This document shows positions 51,351 through 64,000 of a DNA stretch of 64,000 nt, one piece after another. Below the pieces are notes generated by a model. The model was not told the origin of the DNA. It ran no database searches and worked only from the letters and a program-made list of their open reading frames with translations. Made by a program: the position numbers and the translations under genes. The first letter of the stretch is position 1, and every line of letters begins with the position of its first letter. This DNA is from Eledone cirrhosa. Taxonomy: Eukaryota. The stretch covers positions 79,050,001 to 79,114,000 of the forward strand of contig OZ024742.1 of the NCBI GenBank assembly GCA_964016885.1. The letters are read 5' to 3'.

Positions 51351-53196
51351 TCAATATCGTTGGTCTTGAAGGACCTGTAAATGTCATTGGCACAACCTCT
51401 TCTTCCATACCTAGCAAATAATAATAACAAAACACATAACATACCCACCACATCAGCACGGAGTGCACAGAGTGCACTGTCACCACTACCACCACTACCA
51501 CCACTGCACCAACACATCACCACCACATCAGTGCCAATACAACATTGACAGTATCAATTCATCGAAACATATTTTACATATGTATGTACATACATATGTT
51601 TATTGCCTCTTTTTTTTTAATCAAATAACTTTTGAAGTATAATAAATTTTGAAATGGGAAATATGAAATTTAAAAAAAAATTTTTAAGAGATGAGATAAA
51701 AAAGGGAAAGAGAAATATATAACTATGTTGACAGAGAGAGAGAGAGAGTATTGATTGAAGTAAGAGCAGAGCATCTGAAGAAAAAAGAGAATGAGAAAGA
51801 AGATGGAGATATAAAAAAGAAATAGATGAAAATATTGAGAGAGAAAATGATAAAGGAAAGCAAGACACACTGCAGAAAGTCAAGAAAGAGTAAATAAAAC
51901 ATAATCAAAACAAAGAGGGAACGCAGGAAAGTAAGAATAGTCATTGAAAAAGTCATAGAATGTGTGGCAAAAGAGTTCTGCCCATTAAATAGCGATCAGG
52001 ATACTAAACTAATTGAGAGAAACTTAATGGTATCTGTGTATAAATGGCAGCATGTCACTCCCAAACTATCACAATGTGTTTCAACACACTATTTCACATT
52101 AAGAAACTTGCAAAACAAAAACAAACTTATATATATATATATATGAGATTGTGGACTTAAATATTCTCATTGAAAAGATGCATGTCAGCAGCTGCAGGAA
52201 AAACAAAGGCAGTAAGAGAATACATAATAGGTGTGATGAGAGGATGAAAAAAAGGGATTTGGAAGTATGAGAAGAGTTGGTGTGAAATCAGCCAGTTTCA
52301 AGGTGCATAGGTCACTGTAGTAGCAATAGAAAAGATAAAGAAAGGCTGTAGAACAAGGGATGGCTGAAAACTTCATAGGTTGACTATGAAGGAGTAATGT
52401 TAGAGCTGAGAAATTTTGCGTGCATTAATTTCAGCTCTTCTTAAAGGGACTATGTTGAAAAACAAACCGCATTTGGTCATTCCATGAGAGTATCTTGGTC
52501 AGACTATGAACTTTTCAGCCTAGGAACCTTTCAGCTGACCCTTGTATGTTTGGGCAATTCATGCCAATTAGTAATGTGGCCTTTCTTTAAATTTGGTCTA
52601 AGATGTCTGTATGTATAAATTTATGAGCTGTACTCAGAAGTCTCATTTAAACTTTGTAGATTGTTAGTAGACATGGCTGAATGGGAAAGAAGTTTGCACA
52701 GCAATCATGAGGTCCCGCTTTTAATCCCACAATATACCATCTTGGGCATGTGTCTTTTCCATAGCCTCAGGTCAACCTCAGCTGTAAGTGAAATCGAGTT
52801 GACAAAACTTTGTGATAGCCTGTCAGATGGTTTGTACCTATAATTCAAATTTCCAGCTGTGTCACATTTTGCATCATACTTATTTGACTTGGCAACTATA
52901 TTAATCTTTTAGCATTTACATTACTCTATATTTACTATCGTATTTTTGTGTTATCACACATAATATTGAATCTATGAAATTTTGATATTTATTTTAAGAA
53001 CCATACCTTAACATAAGTATGAGCAGCCAGTTACAGCCAGTTTCAACAGAAAGAGGTGAGAAAATTCTGGCCAGATACAGGGATGTCTGTGGAATACTCT
53101 ACCACTTACAAGTTAATTTATAAGTTGGTCACTCGGCTGATTGAACAATTGAATGTTCATTGCTGAAACCGACGGAGGATCCATTATGTGCAGTGT

Positions 53197-53237
<41 letters not shown>

Positions 53238-56200
53238 TGAGTGTGTTAATTTAAAGATTACCACATACTTCCAAAACAAAGCCATGCCAATCCAACTAAT
53301 GTTGTTAATTAGATCTGATAGAGAGCAACAGTAATTTAATATAGCTCATATTTTATCAAATCATACGTGTACGGAGGAAGGATGCATGCATGGGTGGATA
53401 CACATATGCTACAAGAGAAAAAGGAAGTGTGAGGGGGAGATAATGAGAGAGTATATGAAAATTCTAACTAGAGAGAGAAGTACAGATGCTGCATCTAACA
53501 TATAGTGAGAAAGGACAGGCACTGTTGCCAACAAATCTAGTATGACAAGACATATATGAGGAGTATGTATATATATATATATATATATATGTGGGTGTGT
53601 GTATGTATGTATATATATATATATATATATATATTTGTGTGTGTGTATGTATGTGTGTATGTATGTGAATATATATATATTTGAGTGTGTGTGTATGTAT
53701 GTATATATATATATATGTGTGTGTGTTTATGAATGTATGTATATGAATGTATGTTTATGAATGTATGTATACACATATATGTCCGAGAGAGAAACAACTA
53801 CGTAGCAATATGTGCATCAACAGATGGAGGAGAGGATTACACACTGAGCAGATGACGCACTGTTTAACTTGACTAAATAGAAACATAGCACTATTAATAT
53901 CAAGAAGAAAATAGAATGTTATTGCTTTGTTTTTTTATTGTTTTTCCTTTATATATATATGAGTGTGTGTGATAATCATAGTTGATATTGGTTTTTGATG
54001 TCCATACATCAAATAAATTCTTAAAATATTTTGGAAGATAAAGAAGATAGTACTGGTCCATTGTTGATAGAGACGTTTAGTGATCCCATAAATCTAATGT
54101 ATCTGTATTTGTCTGTACCATTATTATCAATTTAACATTCAAGAGTCATGTCATGCTGATAGTATTATGGCTGGATTTGCAAGACAATAGCTTTGCCATA
54201 TATCTCAATATTGCGTCATTTTTCCTATCAGTTCTGGCATATTTAGGGCTGGTTTTAGTATTACTACTACTACTGCTACACTGATGTCTCCTTCTTTGGC
54301 CTATGATATATATTGATCTGTTGATAGATTGAGTTTAACCATTCCGTGACCATATTGCTAATGAAATACATTCTATTTCATCTCATTAATGAAGAATTTT
54401 GAGGGATTTCCAAAAATTATTAATTGTTTCATCACTAGGATAGCAACTCCTCATATAGTTCTTATGGAAATTATGTTGGAAGATTTTAGTTTAAGTAGGA
54501 ACCCTGTAAAGTGGATGGTTTCATTTCATAGAATCAGAACTGGTTTAGGCCAGTTTGATACAAAGTGATTTAAATGAGCCTCTACATGATCACTGCACTT
54601 GCTAGGATTTTTGGCACTCAAATCACACCCTACAATCTTAAAACATAAAAAACACCAAATTACAGCATACTATTTAACCCTTTAACATTTACATTACTCT
54701 ATATATACTAATGTATTTTGACAGTAAAGGCTTTATCTCACATAATTATCTCACATAGTATCAAATCTATGAGATTTTGATGTTATTTATTTTGAGACCA
54801 ATACCTTAACATCGGTATGAGTGGCTGGTTATGGCCAGTTTTAACAGAAAGAGGTGAAAGAATTCTGGCCAGATATGGCCGGTTTAAATACTAATATATA
54901 TATATATACACTGGTAGATAGTATTAGCGATTGGAAAGACCAATGAAAACATTGCTTCCTTGGTCTGATTTGACGAGGTCTGGGATTTTGTCGATCAACT
55001 ATCGACATATATATATGTATGTATGTATATGTGATAATATATATATATATATGTATGTATATGTGATAATAGGTACAAATGAGAATATATAGCTAGAATA
55101 TAAGTGCTGTAAGTTTTGCATTATTTCACCCTAGATGTTTTCTTCCCCACACAGTTTGACATGACATTTATATCTACTGGGCAGCCAACCTCTACAACAG
55201 TACACAACTTTTGTTTCCACTCCAATGTATCAGGGCTGTTGTTTTTATTAGAATGTTACACCAATATTCCTTAATTTTAAAGGTTGGATATATTCTGGTG
55301 ACATTTGTATTACTCCCAGAAAATCCTTTTTATGTAAAGCACTGTAAATAGCTTTGGTTGCCAACTACATTGTCAGGTATTCAATATGTACAGAGGATCC
55401 TCTCTTCTCTATGTGGTCTTGGTCATTCCAGAGTGGCTAAGAGAGACGTTTCATCAAATTTATTTATAGCACCATAATGCTTGTACTGTTGGGTAGTTCT
55501 TTTGTTTTATGGCATATCACCATTCATGTTATTCCTGTGTTACCTCCTCAACTTCATCCCAACTTTCTTGGTTTCCTTCTACTATATGGTTCATCTACCT
55601 AAAGCAGTCTTTTATAAATATGTTTATATATATGTGTGTCTGTATGTATATATATATATATGCATATGGACTATGTTTTATTGCATATACACAGAAGTAT
55701 ATAAGTATTTATTGTATGGTGCTCATTGGACACATGCAGGAATATATATGCTCCGAATTTCATTATACACACAAATATATACACCTGTATACAATTTGTA
55801 TTTCAATTTATATATATATATATATATGTGTATGAGCCTAAAGCCCCAAACATTCCTTTTTATGTTTGCATTACTATTATTTTCTTTTACTATTATTAAT
55901 ACCTTCAGTATTTTTATGTTTAATCATTTCACTACTATTAGAATCATTTTCCATATATGGTAGCTGGAAATTATTCAGCTATTCTGAAAAGAATATTAGT
56001 CTCCTGATTTTTTCATAGCAAGAATCTGATTTTTACATAGCAAGAATTTGTTTTTCCTGCCCACTTAATGACGTAACCCTCCTTGCATGTATTTCTCAAG
56101 AAAACATCCTCACACACTACCCTTAGGATTTCTTGTTTTCTAAAGGCAATATTTGGTCATAATTTTTTTGTTGAAATATTTCTTTCTGCATCTACAGAGT

Positions 56201-56271
56201 AATTTTTCTCAATTCAAATGATTCCGTTTAGGGTGAAAGAAATTCATTCCTTAAACTTATAATCTGTACTA

Positions 56272-56463
56272 ATAATTGTTTCTACTTTTGGCACAAGGCC
56301 AGCAAATACCCAGTGCATTACTGGTACTTTATTTTATCGACCCCCGTAAGGATGAAAGGTAAAGTTAACCTCAGTAGGATTTGAACTCAGACCATAAAGG
56401 GCCGTAACTCTTTGCTGCAAAGCATGGCGTCAGACCTTCTACCGATACTGCCAATCCACTGCC
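56272..56463 (-). mobile_element. SINE family A with a ~19-bp TSD
   Basis: tataatctgtactaataat at 56258-56276 and 56464-56482. Confidence 0.93.
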
Positions 56464-56783
56464 TATAATCTGTACTAATAATAAACATTTTGCTCTACAG
56501 GTTTATATATATATATATATATATATATAACCCTTATTGAGTCCTCTTTGGATTTTGGTCTTTCTATTTATTATTGCTATATATATAAGATGGAATAACT
56601 GAGAAAGAAAATAGAGAATATAGAAATTATAGGGAGAATAAAAGAAAGAAAGGAATTAGGTAATTAATGTCTGTATTGAGCAGGAAGCAATTAAATCTTG
56701 CTTTCTTTTAACAGTATGCTATATATATATATATTTATATATAGAGAGAGAGCTACATGTATATATATATATGTGTATATATA

Positions 56784-56817
<34 letters not shown>

Positions 56818-56820
<3 letters not shown>

Positions 56821-56928
56821 TCATCATCATCATCATCAACGTTTAACGTCCGTGTTCCACGCTTGCATGGGTTTGGACGGGGGTAGTCCCACTTGAGGCA
56901 AGAGTGATTGTCTTGCTCGCATAGAACT
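56818..56928 (-). mobile_element. Young RTE 3'-terminal stub, head-to-head with copy 3
   Basis: Reverse complement of about 58434-58545; ends at gcatagaact. Confidence 0.92.
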
Positions 56929-56939
56929 ATATATATATC

Positions 56940-58145
56940 GACAGAGTCCCCCGCTCCATTATCTGGTGGGCTCTTAGAAAACTAGGCGTTGACGAATGGC
57001 TTGTGAGGGCTATACAAGCCATGTATAAAGAAACAGTCAGCAAGGTTAGAATTAACAACGAATATAGTGAAGAGTTTAGCGTAAAAGTTGGCGTCCATCA
57101 GGGCTCTGTTCTCAGCCCACTACTATTTATTATTGCCCTTCAGGCTATAACAGAGGAGTTCAAGACAGGCTGCCCATGGGAACTCCTATACGCAGACGAC
57201 CTGACACTCATAGCGGAATCAATGGCCGAGCTAGAGAAGAAATTCCAAACATGGAAGCACGGCCTAGAGTCAAAAGGACTTAAAATTAACCTGGCTAAGA
57301 CCAAAGTACTAGTTTGTAGGAAAGAAAACAAGGCGGCGGTCCCTTCTGGGAAATGGTCGTGCTCGGTGTGTAGGAAAGGCGTAGGTAGAAACTCCATTTT
57401 ATGTCCTAAATGCAAAGTATGGGTGCATAAAAGATGTAGTGGGATCACAGGTAAGCTAACTAAGAACATAGATTTTACATGTGGCCGGTGCTCTGGTGCA
57501 ATAAGTAGCAGCAAGTGCCCACAAACTACTAGCTCTTTCAATTGCGCAGAGGGTTCTATAGAAATAGTGGACAGCTTCCGTTACCTGGGCGATAAAATCA
57601 GCAGTGGGGGAGGGTGCTCTGAAAGTACTGTAGCTAGAGTCAGAACTGGTTGGAAAAAGTTCAGAGAGCTTATACCACTATTAGCTGCTAAAGGGTTCTC
57701 ACTAAAAATGAAAGGCAGGTTGTACGATGCCTGCATACGAACAGCAATGCTGCATGGCAGTGAGACCTGGGCATTGTGTGCAGAGGATATACGCAGACTA
57801 GAGAGGAACGAAGCTTGCATGCTCCGCTGGATGTGTAACAGTAATATACGTGAACGGCAAAGCATAAACGAACTAAGGAAAAAATTAGAGATAAGAGGGA
57901 TCAGATGTTGTTTACTCGAGAGAAGGCTACGTTGGTATGGACACGTGATGCGCATGAAAGTCGATAGCTCTATAACAAAGTGCAGGGCAATAAAGATAGA
58001 CGGTAGTCACGGAATAGGCAGACCTAGAAAAACCTGGGACGAGCTGATAAACTCCGACATCACACACTTACACCTCTCCAAGACAATGTCACTGGACCGA
58101 GACCTTTGGCGGTACTCAGTAACAGAGAAGACCCGCCTTACCTAA
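56940..58145 (+). CDS. Partial RTE reverse transcriptase with internal PHD-type finger
   Basis: Motifs DRVP, GVHQGSVLSPLLF, YADDL, KTKVL, FRYLG, RRLRWYGHVMR, GRPRKTW. No true start codon because of the truncation. Confidence 0.92.
   Translation, partial: DRVPRSIIWWALRKLGVDEWLVRAIQAMYKETVSKVRINNEYSEEFSVKVGVHQGSVLSPLLFIIALQAITEEFKTGCPWELLYADDLTLIAESMAELEKKFQTWKHGLESKGLKINLAKTKVLVCRKENKAAVPSGKWSCSVCRKGVGRNSILCPKCKVWVHKRCSGITGKLTKNIDFTCGRCSGAISSSKCPQTTSSFNCAEGSIEIVDSFRYLGDKISSGGGCSESTVARVRTGWKKFRELIPLLAAKGFSLKMKGRLYDACIRTAMLHGSETWALCAEDIRRLERNEACMLRWMCNSNIRERQSINELRKKLEIRGIRCCLLERRLRWYGHVMRMKVDSSITKCRAIKIDGSHGIGRPRKTWDELINSDITHLHLSKTMSLDRDLWRYSVTEKTRLT
57360..57491 (+). other. PHD-type (C4HC3) zinc finger inside the RT
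   Basis: CSVC-x10-CPKC-x4-HKRC-x14-CGRC, with W-x-H and F-x-C signatures. Confidence 0.82.
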
Positions 58146-58545
58146 ATATATAGTAAAACCTACTCCAGCCAGTAGGCATCTCTAACAAAATACACCCCGT
58201 CCCACCACCCCCACCCCCACCCCATCCACACCACCCCGTTCTATGTAAAGTTATGTTGGTGCCGCGCCATCGAGGTCGAAACAAATGAGATCGTGTAGGT
58301 GTCACGACAAAAAAACACACAGTCCACGCTGTAATGTGGCCGTGTAGGCAACACGGTAAAAACCTCCCAGACCCACACTGTAAATGTGGTTGGTGTTAGG
58401 AAGGGCATCCAACTGTAGAAAACCTGCCAGACAGTCCTATGCGAGCAAGACAATCACTCTTGCCTCAAGTGGGACTACCCCCGTCCAAACCCATGCAAGC
58501 GTGGAACACGGACGTTAAACGTTGATGATGATGATGATGATGATG

Positions 58546-58710
<165 letters not shown>

Positions 58711-59439
58711 GGGAAAGAAATCTATAACTCAAACATAAATGTTGTTTGTTGTTGTTGTTTATGTATTTAGTTATATAGAGGATATTATTGTAAGCAATAA
58801 AACATCGTTTCAACAGTTGGTACCTGGCTTTGATGTGTATTGGCATTGTTCTCAAATAAAAGAAGCCTCATTATATATATACTTTCATACATATATTTAT
58901 TCATAGACATGTGTGTATGTGTGTGTGTGTTTCATACATGTGGGTATGTGTATGTCAGATTCATACTTATGTTAGTATGAGGCTGTGTGTGATTCATATA
59001 AAAAGTGAAGAGGGTTCTGGAGTTGTTGGTAGGTTCGGGTGCCAAATAATGTGGTGGGAAGGGGTAGGAATAGGTGGGACAGTTGGAAAATCGATACTTT
59101 TTCTAGGTTGTCTCTGTTGATTTTAAAAAAAACCGAGAATTAGTCATATAGTTTACATATTGAGACACCCAACCCATCCTATTTATTTTATAACGTATAT
59201 GATTTCTTGTAATGTTCTTTTTTCTCATATATAATGTTTTTAGTGTCTAAAGAAATAATTATCGCAGGAATGCTACCCTTTAAAATAAAAATTTCCTTTA
59301 TATATATATATAATGAACAAGACAAAGTCACCGAGACTGGCATAGCTCACAATAGGACAACCCGTCTAACCCATGCTAGCATGGAAGAATGGACGTAAAA
59401 TGCTGATGATATACAAATACATACATACAAATATATATA

Positions 59440-59760
59440 TCATCATTCATCATCATTTCATTTCATTTTTACGTCCGCTTTTTCCCTGCTTGCAAGGGTG
59501 GGACGGGAACTGATTCTGGCTTGATTTCTACAGCTGGATGCCCTTCCTAACACCAACCTCATTTATAGTGAGTCCTGGGTGCTTTTTTGCCATGGCACCT
59601 CCACGTCCACTTTGCATCTCATTTCTACAGCTGAGTAAACTGGAGCAATGTGAAATAAAGTGTCTTGCTCAAGGAAACAACACATCACCCGGTCTGAGAA
59701 TTGAACTCACAACCTTTCGATTACAAGGCCAATGGTCTAACCACTAAGCCATGTGCCTCC
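59440..59760 (-). mobile_element. SINE family B with the junction hairpin deleted
   Basis: ccactttgca is joined directly to tctcatttc. Confidence 0.9.
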
Positions 59761-59907
59761 ATATATATATATAAGTATATAGAAATATAGAAATCTAAAC
59801 GAAATACACAATTCTTTTTTATATATATATCTAGTTGAGAAAAATTAGTGTTATGTATAGAGGAGGAGGAGGAGAAAGAAAGAATCATACCAAAATTGCC
59901 TAAAGTT

Positions 59908-59986
59908 CACTTATATGGTCATTTCATGAAATTCCAGAACATGATACCTATGACCAAGACCAAAGAATATCATTCATCAGTAAGTG
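59908..59986 (-). ncRNA. Type I hammerhead ribozyme, minimal stem III
   Basis: Minus strand: CACUUA-CUGAUGA-AUGAuAUUC..GAAUuUCAU-GAAA-UGacCA-UA^UAAGUG. Confidence 0.72.
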
Positions 59987-60098
59987 GCTAAGGTCTTGTC
60001 TCTATATATCTCACTCTGCATGATAACTAGTTACCTACTTCTTTGTTGAGTAATACAATCAATATATATTTTATATGTATTGATTGAACCTAATATAT

Positions 60099-60416
60099 GG
60101 AGGCATATGGCTTAGTGGTTTAGAGCATTGGCCTAGCAATCGAAAGGTTGTGAGTTCAATTCTCGGACCGGGTGATGTGTTGTTTCCTTGAGCAAGAGAC
60201 TTTATTTAACATTGTTCCAGTTTACTCAGCTGTAGAAATGAGATGATAGGGACTGGGGTCGTGCAAAGTGGTCGTGGAGGTGCCACGGCAAAAAAGCACC
60301 CAGCACTCACTGTAAATGAGGTTAGTGTTAGGAAGGGCATCCAGCTGTAGAAATCAAGCCATCCCACTCTTGCAAGCAGGGAAAAGCGAACATAAAATGA
60401 TGATGATGATGATGAT
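60099..60416 (+). mobile_element. SINE family B
   Basis: ggaggcatatggcttagtgg head through to the (ATG)n tail; one hairpin arm is deleted. Confidence 0.9.
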
Positions 60417-60621
60417 ATATATATATATATACACACACATTCATATATACATACATATGTAAACACAAAATAAAACATTTCCATACTAGATACCTATATT
60501 CTACCAATGTATTAAGTACCTTTTTTTTACTCTGGTAATTTCCCGATCTCCATCGGGAATCCACCCATAATTGTATGTATATATATATATATATATATAG
60601 GGCTTCATATATATATATATA

Positions 60622-60674
60622 GGGCTTCCTGATGATTTCTCCTGAATGAAACAGTTCTAGTCCTGTAGAAGCTC
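60622..60674 (+). ncRNA. Type I hammerhead ribozyme within a short direct-repeat (PLE-like) remnant
   Basis: GGGCUUC-CUGAUGA-uUUCuccuGAAu-GAAA-CAG-uucuaguc-CUG-UA^GAAGCUC. Flanks 60508-60548 and 60704-60741 are similar to each other. Confidence 0.78.
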
Positions 60675-60779
60675 TTTCTATATTAAATATTTATACTTTG
60701 CTATGTATTGAGTACCTTACTTACTGTGGTTACCCCCGATTGAACCCAGGATAAACATATATATTATATACAGACAGGC

Positions 60780-60870
60780 TGCGGTCACAAGAGCAGTTAA
60801 AGAGCTGAAATGTGGCAAGGCCGCTGGGAAAGATGAAATCTGGCCCGAAGTCTGATGAGCTTTTGATTCC
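60780..60870 (+). mobile_element. Short LINE ORF2 fragment (pre-RT region)
   Basis: Translation RAVKELKCGKAAGKDEIWPEV. Confidence 0.6.
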
Positions 60871-60961
60871 CGAGTTGGGCCCAATCGATAGAGATCAAAC
60901 CTTGAGCTGAGCAATCGCCAAACATGCATCACACCTATATAAACTTGACACATCATCCATA

Positions 60962-61051
<90 letters not shown>

Positions 61052-61999
61052 CTTATCATCTTCAATTGTGGCTTTGCCTACAATGGACATGCATGCAGGC
61101 GAAATTATATACTTTTATACATTTATATACAACATACATTCCTCAGACCATGCATGTTGCATGTTGCATGAAGAGGCAGGCCAGCTATTATTCTCAGAGT
61201 GTTAGCCATCTGCTGTATCTTTAATTACATAAATGCTGCATGTGTGCAATACATACACATTTTCTACAACTCTCTCTCTCTCTCTCTCTCTCTCTGCATA
61301 TATTCAGATTGTGAAGTGGAGAATGGATGAGGAAAAGTTTGGTGGCGCCAGTGTAGACAGGTGCAATCTGAACAGTAGTATGTCATGAGTCCCTATCCAC
61401 TTGTTATATGAAGAATTTTGCTTCTCTTGCTATTTATCTTTGCAACATTGATAGAGAGGTAATTGAATGGAAATACAGTAGAGATACACACACACACACA
61501 CACACACACACATCTATGCACACACAGTCTGTGATTGCCTGTATATGTGTGAGTGCAAATGTGAGCATATGCAAAATGTTTATGAATTCTCATTCAGAAG
61601 ATCACAGATGAAGGCAGAAATTGACAAATGAAAATAGTTTCACAGATCTATATGTGTGAAAGAAGAAACAAGCCGATATATATAGAGAGGGGGGCGGAGA
61701 GGTCGTGGTAGTCAGAGAGAGACTGACATATATAGATAGATATACAGACAAATCGGTTTGTAAACAGTTATATAGACAGAATAACAGATGGCTAGGTATA
61801 GAGCTATAAACAAAACTATGGGGGTTAAGAGGTTTACTTCATAAGCGAGTTGTTTCAGGTTCGTTCATAAGTGAATATTACATACATAACTAAGTAAATA
61901 GACAGAAAGACGGATTGATAGGGAAGATTGATAGATACATAGGATAGCAAGATTCAAAGATAAATTGACAATTTATATAAGTTATGTAGTTAATTACTA

Positions 62000-62079
62000 T
62001 AGATAAGTTTATAATTGTTTCTACTATTGGCACAAGGCCAGAAATTATCCAGTACATTACTGGTAGATAAGTTTATAAT
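62000..62079 (-). mobile_element. ~50-bp SINE family A 3' stub with a 16-bp TSD
   Basis: tagataagtttataat at 62000-62015 and 62064-62079. Confidence 0.85.
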
Positions 62080-62642
62080 AATATGTAGAGGGAAACAGAA
62101 AGGTGAATATGTAAATGGAAACATAAAAATGATACACTCAGTACACATGATCATAAACTGAACTTTTCTTATAACACAGCATGCCAAAAGGAAACATTAA
62201 TGCAAACATAAATGTCTAAATACTTGAGAAAGACTTGTATAATACTTTTTCCGATTTTTTAGATTTCATTTTTTAGTTTTAGGAAGAGTACCCAGCCATA
62301 GAAAGCATGCTAACAACGGAATGCACAAATAAGTTGTGGTTGTCCAATACATTAAGAAATGCAGTAACTCCAAATAAGAACTCCTCATAAAAAGCTGATG
62401 GTGAGATTAAAGGTGAAGCATTATATTTTGTATTTACATTTACAGTATATTTCAATAGATGCAATCTGATAATCAGGTGTCTTTACTCTCGATTGGTATC
62501 TAGTACTAAACTTTGTTTCTAAACTAAGGCTATTAATGTATTTGCTTCTTTGTTTTAGAGATAGAATTATATTTTGCATTAAAAGTTGGTAATTAATTAT
62601 TTACGTGTAATTCAGCTTCTTTCTTTGTTAGCCACTGATATG

Positions 62643-62741
62643 TACGAGGGTTGACCAAATGAGCATTATTTTTCAACATAGATTTCACAGCTCTAGCAAA
62701 ACTTCATAGTCAGCCTATGAATTTTGCAGCCAACCCTTGTA
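62643..62741. mobile_element. Mariner-type MITE
   Basis: TA-CGAGGGTTG ... CAACCCTTG-TA. Confidence 0.6.
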
Positions 62742-63021
62742 TCTATTGTTTCCACTGGTCCCAATTCTGCAACAGTCAGTTGCATATCAAAAGCTGCAGT
62801 TTCAAGTCCTCTGGAATATATTCTTGCATTAAAAGAAGACATCTTAAATCAGATGCAATTAAATTACCATTTAATTAGTCTTACTTAGTCAATATAGCAA
62901 GAATATCAGTTATCAATGGATACTCCTGAGTTGTGTTAAGGGGGGGGGGGGGGGTTAAACAGTTAAAAAAGATACTCAATATATTGGTAGAGTATATGCA
63001 TCTTTATTATATACAAAATTT

Positions 63022-63070
63022 ACTTCTACAGGACTAGAAACGTTTCATTTGTATAAAATTATCAGGAATG
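63022..63070 (-). ncRNA. Decayed hammerhead, same family as 60622
   Basis: Minus strand: uuc-CUGAUaA-uuuuauacaaau-GAAA-cguuucuaguccug-UA-gaag. The core G is mutated to A. Confidence 0.55.
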
Positions 63071-63117
63071 TCAGATAAAGTTGGCCAGTTATAACTGTCT
63101 CAGTTGGTAAGTGATAT

Positions 63118-63452
63118 ATCATCATTTCATTTTACGTCCGCTTTTCCCTGCTTGCAACGGTGGGACCGGAACTGAATCTGGCTTGATTTCTACAGCTGGA
63201 TGCCCTTCCTAACACCAACCTCATTTACAGTGAGTGCTGGGTGCTTTTTTGCCGTGGCACCTCCACGACCACTTTGCAGTGGAATGATATGGACCCCAGT
63301 CCCTATCATCTCATTTCTACAGCTGAGTAAACTGGAGCAATGTGAAATAAAGTGTCTTGCTCAAGGAAACAACACATCACCCGGAATGAGAATTGAACTC
63401 ACAACCTTTCGATTGCAAGGCCAATGCTCTAACCACTAAGCCATGTGCCTCC
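63118..63452 (-). mobile_element. SINE family B, full length
   Basis: Colinear with 20037-20376. Confidence 0.92.
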
Positions 63453-64000
63453 ATATATATATATATCATTTTTACATCAACTTTTCCTTGTCGGTATAGG
63501 TTGGACAGTGCAGTCCATAAAGTGATTGGCATTAGGAAAAGTATCCAGCTGTAGAAACCATGCCAAAATATAGAATATATGAGCCAGATGTAATGACCTG
63601 TTCAATCCATGCTAGATGATAATGATAATTGTGTAATATATATATATGAGAGAGAGAAAGAGAGAGAGGAGGGACTATAGTGGTGCAGATTTTGAATAGC
63701 TGGGGGAAAAATACCTTATGAGAATGTTCAGGATACTAAATACCATAAATAATTTCACAGTGAGGTCCACTTAATATAAAAGAAATCAATAACTTATAAT
63801 GCTTCCCTCTTCTTGCATTAATATTTGTCTCTCTCTCTCTCTCCCCTCTCTTGTGCTCACTCCCCATCCCCTTTCTGTTTTTCTGAACCTTTCTCATATG
63901 TCTTCAATATTTACAATCTTCTGGGTGGTTTGGAAATGGTCAGGATCTCCATATGCAAACTAATAAATGGTAGATTTATTGGCAATCATTTGACCTTTGT

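Noticed and set aside
60852-60910. CTGATGAG hammerhead candidate
   Set aside because: There is no GAAA half, and it lies in a LINE coding fragment.

Overview
AT-rich, repeat-dense animal genomic DNA with no confidently identifiable host gene and a 200-N gap at 48318-48517. The repeat content suggests an octopus or other cephalopod (inference). Most ORF-track entries are microsatellite artefacts. Three young 5'-truncated RTE-clade LINE copies carry a complete C4HC3 PHD-type zinc finger inserted inside the reverse transcriptase. There are many older RTE relics and two abundant tRNA-headed SINE families, one of which borrows the RTE 3' tail. Several unrelated Penelope-like (PLE) remnants occur, including two long palindromes, two GIY-YIG C-terminal relics and at least four foldable type I hammerhead ribozymes. 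Also present are a non-autonomous Helitron, hAT, Tc1/mariner and piggyBac-like MITEs, R4/Dong and CR1-like LINE relics, one CpG-rich promoter-like patch and one candidate exon. All calls were made by eye; family names need database confirmation.
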